Assembly (NCBI GenBank): GCA_964648725.1 | Contig: CAZYOE010000001.1 | Coordinates: forward strand, 7,424-71,423 | DNA: 64,000 bases | Direction of reading: 5' to 3' | Source of the DNA: an uncultured Pseudobdellovibrionaceae bacterium | GTDB taxonomy: Bacteria > Bdellovibrionota > Bdellovibrionia > Bdellovibrionales > Bdellovibrionaceae | In this document: one piece after another, positions 10,572 to 19,006 of the stretch | Position numbering within the stretch: position 1 is the first letter of the stretch | Layout of the letters: the number at the start of each line of letters is the position of its first letter | Notes under the pieces: model-generated | Database searches by the model: none | What the model saw: only the letters and a program-made list of their open reading frames with translations | Told to the model about the DNA's origin: nothing | Position numbers and translations under genes: made by a program

Positions 10572-11180
10572 TCAGAGTTCTGTGCATTTTAAATCCTTTA
10601 TTCCAACGAGCAATCCACGGGCCCACTCAACAAGTTTATTGTTAGCGATCCCACAGAGCACTGTTGGAAAATCACAAGACGTTTGTTTTTCACCTAAATT
10701 GATTCTTATAGAGTCTTCGAAAATCAGTATCCCATATGGTAGAGTGTATTTTGAGCCACAATAGATATGCGATGGCGAGGCTTCAATATTCGGTGATTCA
10801 CAAATTTGAGCTTCCCGCAAAATCAACTTAAGCGCATCAATCAATTCTCTGGTGAGACAGTGTTGAATGTCTTCAATTGGCTTTTCTAAATAATCCAGCG
10901 CAACAAGGTCCCATTTCTTGAGATCGATCTTATAATAATAGGGATTTTTCTCTCTGAGTCGCTTTTGTTCCATGACCACGTTATTGCGGGCATTCAATAA
11001 AAAAAGATAGTGAGCTGAACCCGGTGACCTCAACGAAACCCGGAAAGGCAATTCATTTTGTTGTAATTCAGAACTGGCAACAATAACTGCCGGATTTGGC
11101 TCAATGAACTCGTTTCTTGAGATTTGAAAAACCAATAAAAATATTCCTAGTACATAAATACCTAAGATTTTTTTTTGCAT
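10572..11180 (-). CDS. Membrane-anchored hypothetical protein
   Basis: 202 aa with an N-terminal hydrophobic anchor (ILGIYVLGIFLLVF). Codons 2-4 form an A9 run. Confidence 0.45.
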   Translation of the reverse strand: MQKKILGIYVLGIFLLVFQISRNEFIEPNPAVIVASSELQQNELPFRVSLRSPGSAHYLFLLNARNNVVMEQKRLREKNPYYYKIDLKKWDLVALDYLEKPIEDIQHCLTRELIDALKLILREAQICESPNIEASPSHIYCGSKYTLPYGILIFEDSIRINLGEKQTSCDFPTVLCGIANNKLVEWARGLLVGIKDLKCTEL

Positions 11181-11337
11181 ACGAAAGTCCTAAACTCACT
11201 TCACCAAATATACCGTTCACTTTCAGAGTCTGAGTAAAGATCTGAGAAAGCAAGTTCAATACGGGCGCCCTGACTAATTTGTTTTTCCACTTTCGCAGCC
11301 CCTGCATTTAGTACTATGACCATTGGCGGGAGGGACT

Positions 11338-11727
11338 ATGATTATTCGTAAACTTAATAAATTTATTTTACTATTCTCGATCACTTTAGCTTCTGCTGCA
11401 TTAGGCCACGGAGATGGAGAGGAATCTCGGATTGCCATTGAGCCCAGCATCAATACTTCAACTCAGGCAGGATTGATCACTTACCAGTTTGAACCTGTTG
11501 ATACCAAATTAAGAACGGTTGTCGGGCCTGATGACCTGAATATCCTTCATGAAAAGCCAATTCACATTTTTATCTTTGATACTTCTCTACAGAATACCAA
11601 CATGGGGAATGATAGCCATTTGATGATCCATGTAACTTTTCCAGCCAAAGGGGAATATCGACTATGGATTCAATTTCAAGATCGGGGTGAGCTAAAAACT
11701 GTTCCCCTATCTTTAAAAATAGATTAA
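11338..11727 (+). CDS. Small secreted protein, possibly metal-binding
   Basis: ATG at 11338 behind GGGAGGG (the ORF track starts at TTG 11323). Signal peptide, then HGDGEE. C-terminal ...FPAKGEYRLWIQFQDRGELKTVPL resembles periplasmic metal-handling beta-sandwich proteins (weak recollection). Confidence 0.45.
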   Translation: MIIRKLNKFILLFSITLASAALGHGDGEESRIAIEPSINTSTQAGLITYQFEPVDTKLRTVVGPDDLNILHEKPIHIFIFDTSLQNTNMGNDSHLMIHVTFPAKGEYRLWIQFQDRGELKTVPLSLKID

Positions 11728-11780
11728 GTGATATTAGTTTCTTTTTTAATTAGCAACGAAACTTAAAAATTGGAGTAAAC

Positions 11781-12371
11781 ATGAAGTCTTTATTTAACTC
11801 TGTTCTAACTGTTTCTTTGGCGCTTTTTGCCTTTCAAGCAAAAGCTGAAGTTGTCTCAGCGGTAAAGGCAGCTGAATTGGCTTGCCATCGGGTTGATCGC
11901 TTGGTCGTTCTTAAAAAAATCGACAAAACTTATTTATCTAAATTTCAGAGATTAGTACTTACTGAACTAGCGGCTGGCCACCCATCAGGCGGAAAATTTT
12001 CAATAACCGCTTATCAAACCGCTCCAACTTCAGGAGTCGCTCTTAGCCTAACTATGGTACTCGACGAAACTGGAAAAGTTCTTAGTCACCAACTCAATGA
12101 AGGTGGTACTGCTGGACCCAATGTTGCTTGGTCAGGAAAAGACCCCGTCTCTCTAGCTGAAGCAGGCTTGCACTATGTTTTGGAAGAACAAGCGAAAAAT
12201 GAACAATTACGCCCGTTCGCTGGTGATTTTCAGTCACTGCTTTTGACTCAAAAAGTAGTTAATGGCTCCACCGTTGCTGAATTACTCATGAAATCAAGAA
12301 CCACTACTGCTAAATTAGTGTTAACTCTTGATCTCAATGGAAAATTACTCAACAGGCAAGTTATTCCGTAA
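11781..12371 (+). CDS. Secreted hypothetical protein
   Basis: 196 aa; signal peptide MKSLFNSVLTVSLALFAFQAKA; GGAG SD. Confidence 0.5.
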   Translation: MKSLFNSVLTVSLALFAFQAKAEVVSAVKAAELACHRVDRLVVLKKIDKTYLSKFQRLVLTELAAGHPSGGKFSITAYQTAPTSGVALSLTMVLDETGKVLSHQLNEGGTAGPNVAWSGKDPVSLAEAGLHYVLEEQAKNEQLRPFAGDFQSLLLTQKVVNGSTVAELLMKSRTTTAKLVLTLDLNGKLLNRQVIP

Positions 12372-12380
12372 GGGTTATTT

Positions 12381-13163
12381 ATGAAGTTGGATCGGGGTTT
12401 GATTTTATTAGCAGTATTGGCGCTCCAAATAATTGTAGGCTGTAACTACACTAAATTTAAAAATTCAGACTCCGACTTTCATAATACTGGTGTTCTCACC
12501 AAAGCCGAAAGAGATGCCATCGGCTTTCAAACAGTATTTCGTGATATTATTGACCCCTATTGTTTGTCTTGCCACCGTAGTGGCAGATTTCCCCTCAATA
12601 ATTACGCCGAGACCTACTCAATCGTTGGAGAAATTCGCAATACTGTTTTTGTTCTTGGCAGTATGCCAAAGGGAAAATTCCTTCCCGCTCGGGAGAGAAG
12701 TATATTGCTGGCATGGCTGGATGCTGGGGCTCCTGAAGCTGGAAAGTCCCCCCCCCAACCTGAGCCAGAGATCCCCCCATTACAACCAACATTTTCTTCG
12801 ATTCGCGATCGTATTTTCAAAGTTCGATGTGGAGACTGTCATGAACCAACTAGCAGAGAATGCCAAGACCTCGTTAATTTAACTGATGAAGACCATCATG
12901 ATGACGAACATGAACACAGTCATAATAAGGGCGCCTGTAAGCTTGAGCTTAGCATCTTCAATGAATTGTTGAATGGCGATGAAGAAACCCGAAAAGAATT
13001 AGTGATTCCGGGTAACCCTGATGAAAGCCAACTAATAATTTCAATTGAAAGAACTGACGGTAAAGATCAAATGCCTCCACCCGAGCAGGGCTATAGCCCT
13101 CTCTCGCCGGAGGAAATTAAAGCGATCAGAGATTGGATCTCTGGGGGTGCTTTAAATAACTAG
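12381..13163 (+). CDS. Lipoprotein with two CxxCH motifs (Planctomycete-cytochrome-c/PSCyt1-like repeats)
   Basis: 260 aa; lipobox IIVGC. CLSCH and CGDCH are each followed by ...MP...L(S/P)..E...(L/I)..W(L/I)..GA. His/Asp-rich linker DEDHHDDEHEHSH. Contains a C9 run at 12748-12756. Confidence 0.6.
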   Translation: MKLDRGLILLAVLALQIIVGCNYTKFKNSDSDFHNTGVLTKAERDAIGFQTVFRDIIDPYCLSCHRSGRFPLNNYAETYSIVGEIRNTVFVLGSMPKGKFLPARERSILLAWLDAGAPEAGKSPPQPEPEIPPLQPTFSSIRDRIFKVRCGDCHEPTSRECQDLVNLTDEDHHDDEHEHSHNKGACKLELSIFNELLNGDEETRKELVIPGNPDESQLIISIERTDGKDQMPPPEQGYSPLSPEEIKAIRDWISGGALNN

Positions 13164-13221
13164 ACTCTGCTGAAATAGAGTCATGGTTTCGGGAATTTCA
13201 TTGTCTTTGAGTGGGGTCAAA

Positions 13222-14310
13222 ATGAAGTTTTTATTTAGTAGTTCTATATTCGTGCTTTTAATATTTTGTATTACTCCACATTTTAGTTTCGCTTTTTCCG
13301 AAACGGCTCGTCATGGCTACTTGAGCTGCTCAACCTGCCATTATAGTACTAGTGGCCGCGGACTTTTAACTCCTTATGGAAAGACGCTTTCCAATGAGCT
13401 TTATAGCTACTGGAAAACTGAAAACGAAAACGAGTCACTCGAATCGGAAACTCCTTGGTGGCGAGTTGGTGGCCAAGCTCGACTCCTTCAGTTTGTTCAA
13501 GATTCTAAAAGTATTCAAAAGGCTCGTTTTTTCCCCATGCAAGCAGAGGTTGAAGGTGCTATCGACAAAGAAGCTTGGGCTGTCGTGGCGAGTGCGGGGG
13601 CCTGGCGATCAATTGATTCAGCAGATAAAAGCTTAGAAGCTTATTCTCGAAATCACTATCTACTCCTAAGACCCAGCGAAAATTGGGCCATCCGGTATGG
13701 ACATTTCAGGATCAGTCATGGATTGGGGCTTCCCGATCATACAACTCTCACAAACCAGGGGTTAGGCTGGACTCATTCCCACGAAACGTACAACCTAGAG
13801 CTGAGTTACCTCGACGAAAATAACGTTATCCAAGGGACTTGGATTACTCCTTCCGAGTTACTAGTTACCGAAGAAATGATTCACGGAGGGTCCATTAATA
13901 TTCAGCGCCTTTTGTTTTCTAACAGCAAGGTTGGTTTCAATGTCTCTCGTTTTGTTAAAGCTGGTATTTCCGAATCGCAGGTGAATCTACACACCGTTGT
14001 TAATCTTACCGAAGCTTCGTTTGTACAAGCAGAACTGGCACAACGAACCATCTTGAGCACTCCACAAATTAATCAACAAGCATTGTTTGCTCGCTATTCC
14101 TATCAACTCCCTTTTGGCGTTCGCCCACTGCTTCAAGTAGAGTCGGCGGTTCTCAATAAGTCCTCTAACCTCAAAGCAGAGCACTATTATGTAGGATCGG
14201 AGTGGTTTCCGATGCAAAACTTTGATTTGTTGGTATTACTCGGTCAGGAATCTCAGACAGGCATTGAAAACAATCGAGTATTCACTGCCGTTGGACACTT
14301 TTATTATTGA
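13222..14310 (+). CDS. Putative outer-membrane beta-barrel protein with N-terminal CxxCH motif
   Basis: ATG at 13222 (the ORF track starts at 13183). Signal peptide MKFLFSSSIFVLLIFCITPHFSFA, then HGYLSCSTCHYS. Alternating-strand character; ends ...AVGHFYY (aromatic C-terminus). Confidence 0.5.
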   Translation: MKFLFSSSIFVLLIFCITPHFSFAFSETARHGYLSCSTCHYSTSGRGLLTPYGKTLSNELYSYWKTENENESLESETPWWRVGGQARLLQFVQDSKSIQKARFFPMQAEVEGAIDKEAWAVVASAGAWRSIDSADKSLEAYSRNHYLLLRPSENWAIRYGHFRISHGLGLPDHTTLTNQGLGWTHSHETYNLELSYLDENNVIQGTWITPSELLVTEEMIHGGSINIQRLLFSNSKVGFNVSRFVKAGISESQVNLHTVVNLTEASFVQAELAQRTILSTPQINQQALFARYSYQLPFGVRPLLQVESAVLNKSSNLKAEHYYVGSEWFPMQNFDLLVLLGQESQTGIENNRVFTAVGHFYY

Positions 14311-15185
14311 GAACTCTTGCGTTTTGCCAGGGGATGATGACTTTCAAGCGTTCGAGCGAGTTGATCGGTGCTAAGGTGCATGTACTTTTCAGTTGATGTT
14401 AAAGACGAGTGACCCATCAGTTCTTGCAAGGTGCGGAGGTTAATCCCTGCTGATACAAGATGGGTCGCATAACTGTGCCGAAGAGCATGAGGATGAAGCG
14501 GGGCTCTAAGCCCTGATTCCTTGCCGAGTTTTCTCACCCAAGAGTATGCAATTCTCTCGCTTAGGGGTAGATGCCCCCAAATGTAATCTCCAAACTTAGG
14601 CAAAGCTCTGATAGCCGTTCCAACTTTATCGGGCATTGCTACCCATCGTTCCTTTGAACCCTTACCTAGGATACATATTTCCGATGTGCTCAGCCGTGTT
14701 CGATCCCATCGCAGGTGGCAAGCTTCAGAAACCCGTAAGCCTCCCCCGTACAATAGGTATATGAGTGCTGTATAGAAGTTCTTCTTGGGATCATTAGCAT
14801 CAATGGCCTTGAGATATTCGAATAAGTGCAGAACCTCATCGACAGAAAGGTAATGAGGGATTTTTCGGGGTACCTTTGGCGCCTCTATTCGTTCGTTTAG
14901 TGGCGTGTTAATGACTTTGTTGCGAAAAAGCCAATCAAGAAAGGCCTTTATCGTCGCTGCCTTTCGCTGCCGAGAAGCCAACTGAAGCCCACCCCAATTA
15001 ATTTGTGCTTCTTTAATTTGATGTAATAGTTCAGCTTCGTTTGGAAGTGGTAAATCTAAGGACCCTTCAAAAGCCTGTTCGAGATCTTTTTTATAAGCTT
15101 TTAGGGTGTGAGGACTTGCCTGCCCAATTTCGTCCATTTCTTTCAAGAACCGCGCGAAAATTGTCGTTTTAGCCTCTAAACTCAT
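14304..15185 (-). CDS. Tyrosine recombinase, XerC/XerD-like
   Basis: N-terminal SAM-like FLKEM...SPHTLKAYKKDLEQAF. Catalytic GLRVSE, HALRHSYATHL, GHSSLTSTEKYMH. Start uncertain: the ORF track extends to a TTG at 15227. Confidence 0.8.
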   Translation of the reverse strand: MSLEAKTTIFARFLKEMDEIGQASPHTLKAYKKDLEQAFEGSLDLPLPNEAELLHQIKEAQINWGGLQLASRQRKAATIKAFLDWLFRNKVINTPLNERIEAPKVPRKIPHYLSVDEVLHLFEYLKAIDANDPKKNFYTALIYLLYGGGLRVSEACHLRWDRTRLSTSEICILGKGSKERWVAMPDKVGTAIRALPKFGDYIWGHLPLSERIAYSWVRKLGKESGLRAPLHPHALRHSYATHLVSAGINLRTLQELMGHSSLTSTEKYMHLSTDQLARTLESHHPLAKRKSSQ

Positions 15186-15377
15186 CTTATTTAGGCTACA
15201 CTGTTGAAAAACCTTTATACAGTGCAAAATTTTTCTTGAAGTTTTTCTCTACCTTGATATGTTCACGACCGACGATGCAGTGCGTTTAGTACTTAGCGTC
15301 ATGGAGTGAAACTACATTAATAAATGATGCTGAGTCCAGGGATTTGGGACGGATAGCTGAATGAAAGGCAGATACTT

Positions 15378-16457
15378 ATGTCAACAACTCCTCCAAACCC
15401 ATCCCCAGTCTTACCAGGCTCTCAAAACCCGTACCAATCGTATTGGAATCCGAGTCAAAGCCAGAGAGTGATCGAGCCGAAGACGATGGTGTTTGCATCA
15501 GATATGATGACCAATCTTATGAAGATGGTTGAGAAGGTATCTAGCTCTAGTGCTTCAGTTCTAGTTCTTGGCGAATCAGGAACTGGCAAAGAGCTACTCG
15601 CTCACGCTATCCATGATCGCAGCACTCGTCGCAACAAACCTTTTGTCGCCATTAACTGCGGAGCTCTTCAGGAAGCCCTTCTCGAAAGTGAATTGTTTGG
15701 CCATGAAAAAGGATCATTTACTGGCGCCTATAACCGCAAAATTGGTTTGGCAGAAATGGCCAATGGTGGGACTCTCTTTCTTGATGAAATCGGCGAGTTG
15801 ACTCCTGGAATTCAAGCTAAGCTCCTTCGCTTTCTTCAAGAGGGCGAGCTTTACCGCGTAGGTGGTAAAGAGCCGATCATGGTTGATGTTCGCATTATCA
15901 GTGCTACCAACCGTAATATTGAAAAAGATGTTGCCGGTGGAAAATTCAGAGAAGACTTGTACTACCGAATCAATACTATCGTTCTTCGTACACCAGCTCT
16001 TCGCCAACGTCGTGAAGATATTCCTGTGTTAGTGAATCACTTCCTAAATCATGGGTCACAAGCTTTTCTAGGTCGCGGTCGTCAAGTACATGACGAAGCA
16101 ATGAAAATCCTCAGTGACTATGACTGGCCAGGAAACATCCGCGAGCTTCAGAATATTTGTGAAAGATTGCAGATTCTCTGCGATGGCCACATGATTATGC
16201 CAAATGATCTCCCTGAGCATATCCGAGCTCCTCAACAAAGATTACTTTTAACTGAGTACGATCCAAAGCTCACACTTTATGAATTGGAAAAACGCTATAT
16301 CTTAAAAGCTCTTCTCCATTTCCATGGCAATAAAACGCAAGCGGCGAATGCTTTAGGAATCACGATCAAGACTCTCTATAATAAACTGCACGAGTACGGA
16401 GAGTTCGACAAATTTGCCGTTTACCCAAGAGAGGGTAGAGACGGCGAAAAAGTTTAA
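15378..16457 (+). CDS. Sigma-54-dependent transcriptional activator (AAA+ + Fis-type HTH) without receiver or sensor domain
   Basis: 359 aa. GESGTGKE, ESELFGHEKGSFTGA (GAFTGA-type loop), C-terminal HTH NKTQAANALGITIKTLYNKL. Only a ~45-aa P/S/Q-rich N-terminus precedes the AAA+ core. Confidence 0.85.
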   Translation: MSTTPPNPSPVLPGSQNPYQSYWNPSQSQRVIEPKTMVFASDMMTNLMKMVEKVSSSSASVLVLGESGTGKELLAHAIHDRSTRRNKPFVAINCGALQEALLESELFGHEKGSFTGAYNRKIGLAEMANGGTLFLDEIGELTPGIQAKLLRFLQEGELYRVGGKEPIMVDVRIISATNRNIEKDVAGGKFREDLYYRINTIVLRTPALRQRREDIPVLVNHFLNHGSQAFLGRGRQVHDEAMKILSDYDWPGNIRELQNICERLQILCDGHMIMPNDLPEHIRAPQQRLLLTEYDPKLTLYELEKRYILKALLHFHGNKTQAANALGITIKTLYNKLHEYGEFDKFAVYPREGRDGEKV

Positions 16458-16482
16458 TTCACTCTAAAAGGCGTACTTTCTC

Positions 16483-16518
16483 AATTTGTTCCTGTGCTTC
16501 TTTTCACAGGGACAAATT
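16483..16518. terminator. Hairpin between convergent genes (possible bidirectional terminator)
   Basis: aatttgttcctgtg / cacagggacaaatt pair 13 of 14 around an 8-nt loop. No clear U-tract on either strand. Confidence 0.4.
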
Positions 16519-16541
16519 CGCGCTAAAGCACTCTCCTTTTT

Positions 16542-17846
16542 TTAAATATGAACTCCAGGCTCGTTAGAATGAGACTTTGCTTCAGCAAGCAACTCTTCGG
16601 CTTTACCACCCAGCCAAAAAGCATTAATCACCCAGACCAATGCAATCGCACTTGATAGAAATGAAAAACCAGTTAATCCAAGCCCCACCTTTTGAAAGCC
16701 CGCAAACAAACTTGCCGAAGAAACATCGCCAGTTCGATATACCAGAGTATCTATCACATTTTTTGCCCGGTATTTTTGTTCCGCCGGTAAAACATTAAAG
16801 AGAGTTTCACGCGTAGGTTTAGCCACCGAATATTCACCGGCCCGTCTGAGGATTGCGAAGGCCAATAGGATTTGTATACTCTGGCTAAATCCCAAGAGCA
16901 AGAATCCGGCGATTGAGAGTATCGGCAAAACCAAAAGACCAATCCGCCGCCCATATTTTCCGATAATTCTACTAAATAAAAAAAACTGACTCAAGAGAGA
17001 GAGGAAATTTACGGCCAAATCCAATTGCGCGAGAATTTTTGTACGCTGAGTTGGATCTTGGTAGACTTGCGGAAACAGATCGGTCGACATGCCATAAAGA
17101 AATGTGGATAAAATCGTATAAAAAAACAGATAAACGCAGATTCCCAGAAGATATCGTGACTTTATAATATCACCAAGACCGGAAAAAATGGAACCACCAA
17201 AGCCATGGGATGACTCAATCTTCGATACTTGCTCGCCGACTTGATTAGAACTCTCTCTTCGAAGCAGCTGCACGGAAAGAATGGCCAAAGTGAGAAACCC
17301 ACAAGAAACCAAAACAAGGTACTTAGCCCCTATAACATCCACCATCAGGGCTGTAATAAGAGGGCCCGCCAAAGCACCCAGCGTCCCACCCGCGCTGATA
17401 AAACCATTAATGCGACTCGACTGCTCGGTGGTAAAAATGTCGGCCATAAAGCTCCAAAAAACTGAAATTACAAAGAGGCTATATACGCTGACCCAAACAA
17501 AAAAACTTTTGGCCACCCACTCTGACTGTACCCCTTGACTATTAAACATCAGATAAAACAGGAAAAGAGTAGCACCGAAAAAAACATATACTCGTGGCAA
17601 GACGGCGCCTCGGGGGAAGTTTTTGGTAATCCACCCAAACACCGGAACTAAAATCATCATAACAACAAAGACACTAAAGAAATTCTCTTGGAGACTTTTG
17701 GAGCCAAGTTGCATAGACATTTCATCCCGAATGGGACGCAAAACATAATAGGAGGCCAGCAAACAAAAAAAGTAGGTAAAGGAAATTAAAACAGCATGTA
17801 GTTCTTCGTCTTTGATTTTAAAAAACTTCCAAGCTAGTTCCTTCAT
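16542..17846 (-). CDS. MFS-type transporter with Tlc/Npt (ATP:ADP antiporter family)-like N-terminus
   Basis: 434 aa, about 11-12 hydrophobic segments. N-terminal FTYFFCLLASYYVLRPIRDEM resembles the signature start of TLC-family carriers. Subfamily uncertain. Confidence 0.65.
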   Translation of the reverse strand: MKELAWKFFKIKDEELHAVLISFTYFFCLLASYYVLRPIRDEMSMQLGSKSLQENFFSVFVVMMILVPVFGWITKNFPRGAVLPRVYVFFGATLFLFYLMFNSQGVQSEWVAKSFFVWVSVYSLFVISVFWSFMADIFTTEQSSRINGFISAGGTLGALAGPLITALMVDVIGAKYLVLVSCGFLTLAILSVQLLRRESSNQVGEQVSKIESSHGFGGSIFSGLGDIIKSRYLLGICVYLFFYTILSTFLYGMSTDLFPQVYQDPTQRTKILAQLDLAVNFLSLLSQFFLFSRIIGKYGRRIGLLVLPILSIAGFLLLGFSQSIQILLAFAILRRAGEYSVAKPTRETLFNVLPAEQKYRAKNVIDTLVYRTGDVSSASLFAGFQKVGLGLTGFSFLSSAIALVWVINAFWLGGKAEELLAEAKSHSNEPGVHI

Positions 17847-17848
17847 TT

Positions 17849-18023
17849 CGCCTCTCCTCTTTTATGTAGATTCTGCTGAAAAAGAGCAAAATTCGAGGCG
17901 TCCGAGCTTCAAATCGAATGAGGCGTAGTTAATCTACGTTGAGTTCGGTTTGAAGTGAAGGCAACGATGAAGTTAGCCTTTTTCAGCAGAATCTATGTAG
18001 CCTACAAAAATTAAGGAGAGGCG
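17849..18023. repeat. ~175-nt nested imperfect palindrome in the transporter leader; includes its SD
   Basis: Outer arms cgcctctcct (17849-17858) / aggagaggcg (18014-18023). Perfect 18-nt arms tagattctgctgaaaaag (17867-17884) / ctttttcagcagaatcta (17978-17995). Inner cttcaaatcgaa / ttcggtttgaag and cgtag-ttaat-ctacg stems. Confidence 0.6.
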
Positions 18024-18067
18024 TCGAGAAGGTTTAAAAAATTCGGTCGTTTTTAATTAAGGACTCA

Positions 18068-18913
18068 TTACTGCCAAAGATTTTTATGGTCTCTTGCGTA
18101 ATCTTCCAAGGTTATCGGAGAACGCCCCAATAGGTCATTCACTGAGTTCTCCACTCGCGCACTGTATCCTTCGCGCAAGAAACCAAAAATCATCAGCAAA
18201 AATTCCACATAATCACTTGGCAACCCGGCTGTTAAGAGACCTTGCCTTAAAGCTTCAGGAGCAATTTCTTGATATGTGATCTTCCGACCAGTGGCCTTCG
18301 AAAGAGCCACTGCCACGTCATCATGACTATGGGGTTTTGCCCCCGTCAGATCAAAGGCTCTATTATTATAGTCAGAGGTCGTTAATAATTTTGCGGCAAC
18401 CGCAGAAATGTCTCGTGTATCGACAAAGCTCACCAAAGCATTCCCTGCAGGCAAAAGTATTTTGCCATGATCTTTGATTCCCTGAATCCAAAATGTGTGG
18501 AAGTTTTGGAAAAACCAATTCGGGCGAATAATGTTATAGATGAGCCCTGATTTTTCGAATTCGACCTCAGCTCGACGAAATGGTGATTCCTCATTAGCAT
18601 TGGCACCCATCGCCGTCATAAGTACCACTTTTTGTACATGACTCTTGATGGATTGTTGAATCAGTTTAGATAAAATTCTGTACTGATCCGCATAGCCCGG
18701 AGGCGATATCAGGAATGCTTTATCGACCCCCTCGAAGGCTTGCTCTAATCCTGCGCCCGTACTTAAATCCGCCTGAACCATGTCACTTTCAGTAGCTTTT
18801 ATCGGTTTGCTCGTCGTTCCTCTAACCGCGATACCACTTGATTTGAGAATTCTCATTAATTCTGTTCCCACAGTTCCCGTGGCACCAATCACTAAAGTCT
18901 TTTTGTTTTTCAT
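18068..18913 (-). CDS. NmrA-family / atypical SDR NAD(P)-binding protein
   Basis: ATG at 18913 behind an AGGAG SD (the ORF track starts at 18955). KKTLVIGATGTVGTEL Rossmann motif. Divergent from the LysR gene. Confidence 0.8.
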   Translation of the reverse strand: MKNKKTLVIGATGTVGTELMRILKSSGIAVRGTTSKPIKATESDMVQADLSTGAGLEQAFEGVDKAFLISPPGYADQYRILSKLIQQSIKSHVQKVVLMTAMGANANEESPFRRAEVEFEKSGLIYNIIRPNWFFQNFHTFWIQGIKDHGKILLPAGNALVSFVDTRDISAVAAKLLTTSDYNNRAFDLTGAKPHSHDDVAVALSKATGRKITYQEIAPEALRQGLLTAGLPSDYVEFLLMIFGFLREGYSARVENSVNDLLGRSPITLEDYARDHKNLWQ

Positions 18914-18969
18914 AGATTTGATCTCCTGTTCTGAAATCATTATCGCCGAAAACACAGTCGTTGATTAGA

Positions 18970-19005
18970 TGCATAAATTGCACTATAATGTTTCTTTAAA
19001 GAAAC
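18970..19005. promoter_or_regulatory. Putative LysR operator/promoter region
   Basis: T-N11-A box TGCATAAATTGCA (18970-18982), TATAAT (18984-18989) and a perfect 16-nt palindrome gtttctttaaagaaac (18990-19005) immediately before the lysR-type ATG. Confidence 0.35.
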
Positions 19006-19006
19006 A

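Noticed and set aside
11168-11176. A9/T9 run at codons 2-4 of ORF 10572..11180, considered as a phase-variation tract.
   Set aside because: A/T homopolymers of this length are expected in an AT-rich genome (Lys AAA codons). There is no supporting evidence.
12490-12882. 130-aa alternative-frame ORF inside the CxxCH lipoprotein gene.
   Set aside because: It lies on the same strand in a different frame, without an SD or recognisable motifs. The annotated frame carries the lipobox and both CxxCH units.
14304-15227. Xer-type recombinase as a marker of an integrated element or genomic island.
   Set aside because: No flanking direct repeats, tRNA target, phage or conjugation genes are present. The N-terminal and catalytic motifs look like housekeeping XerC/XerD.
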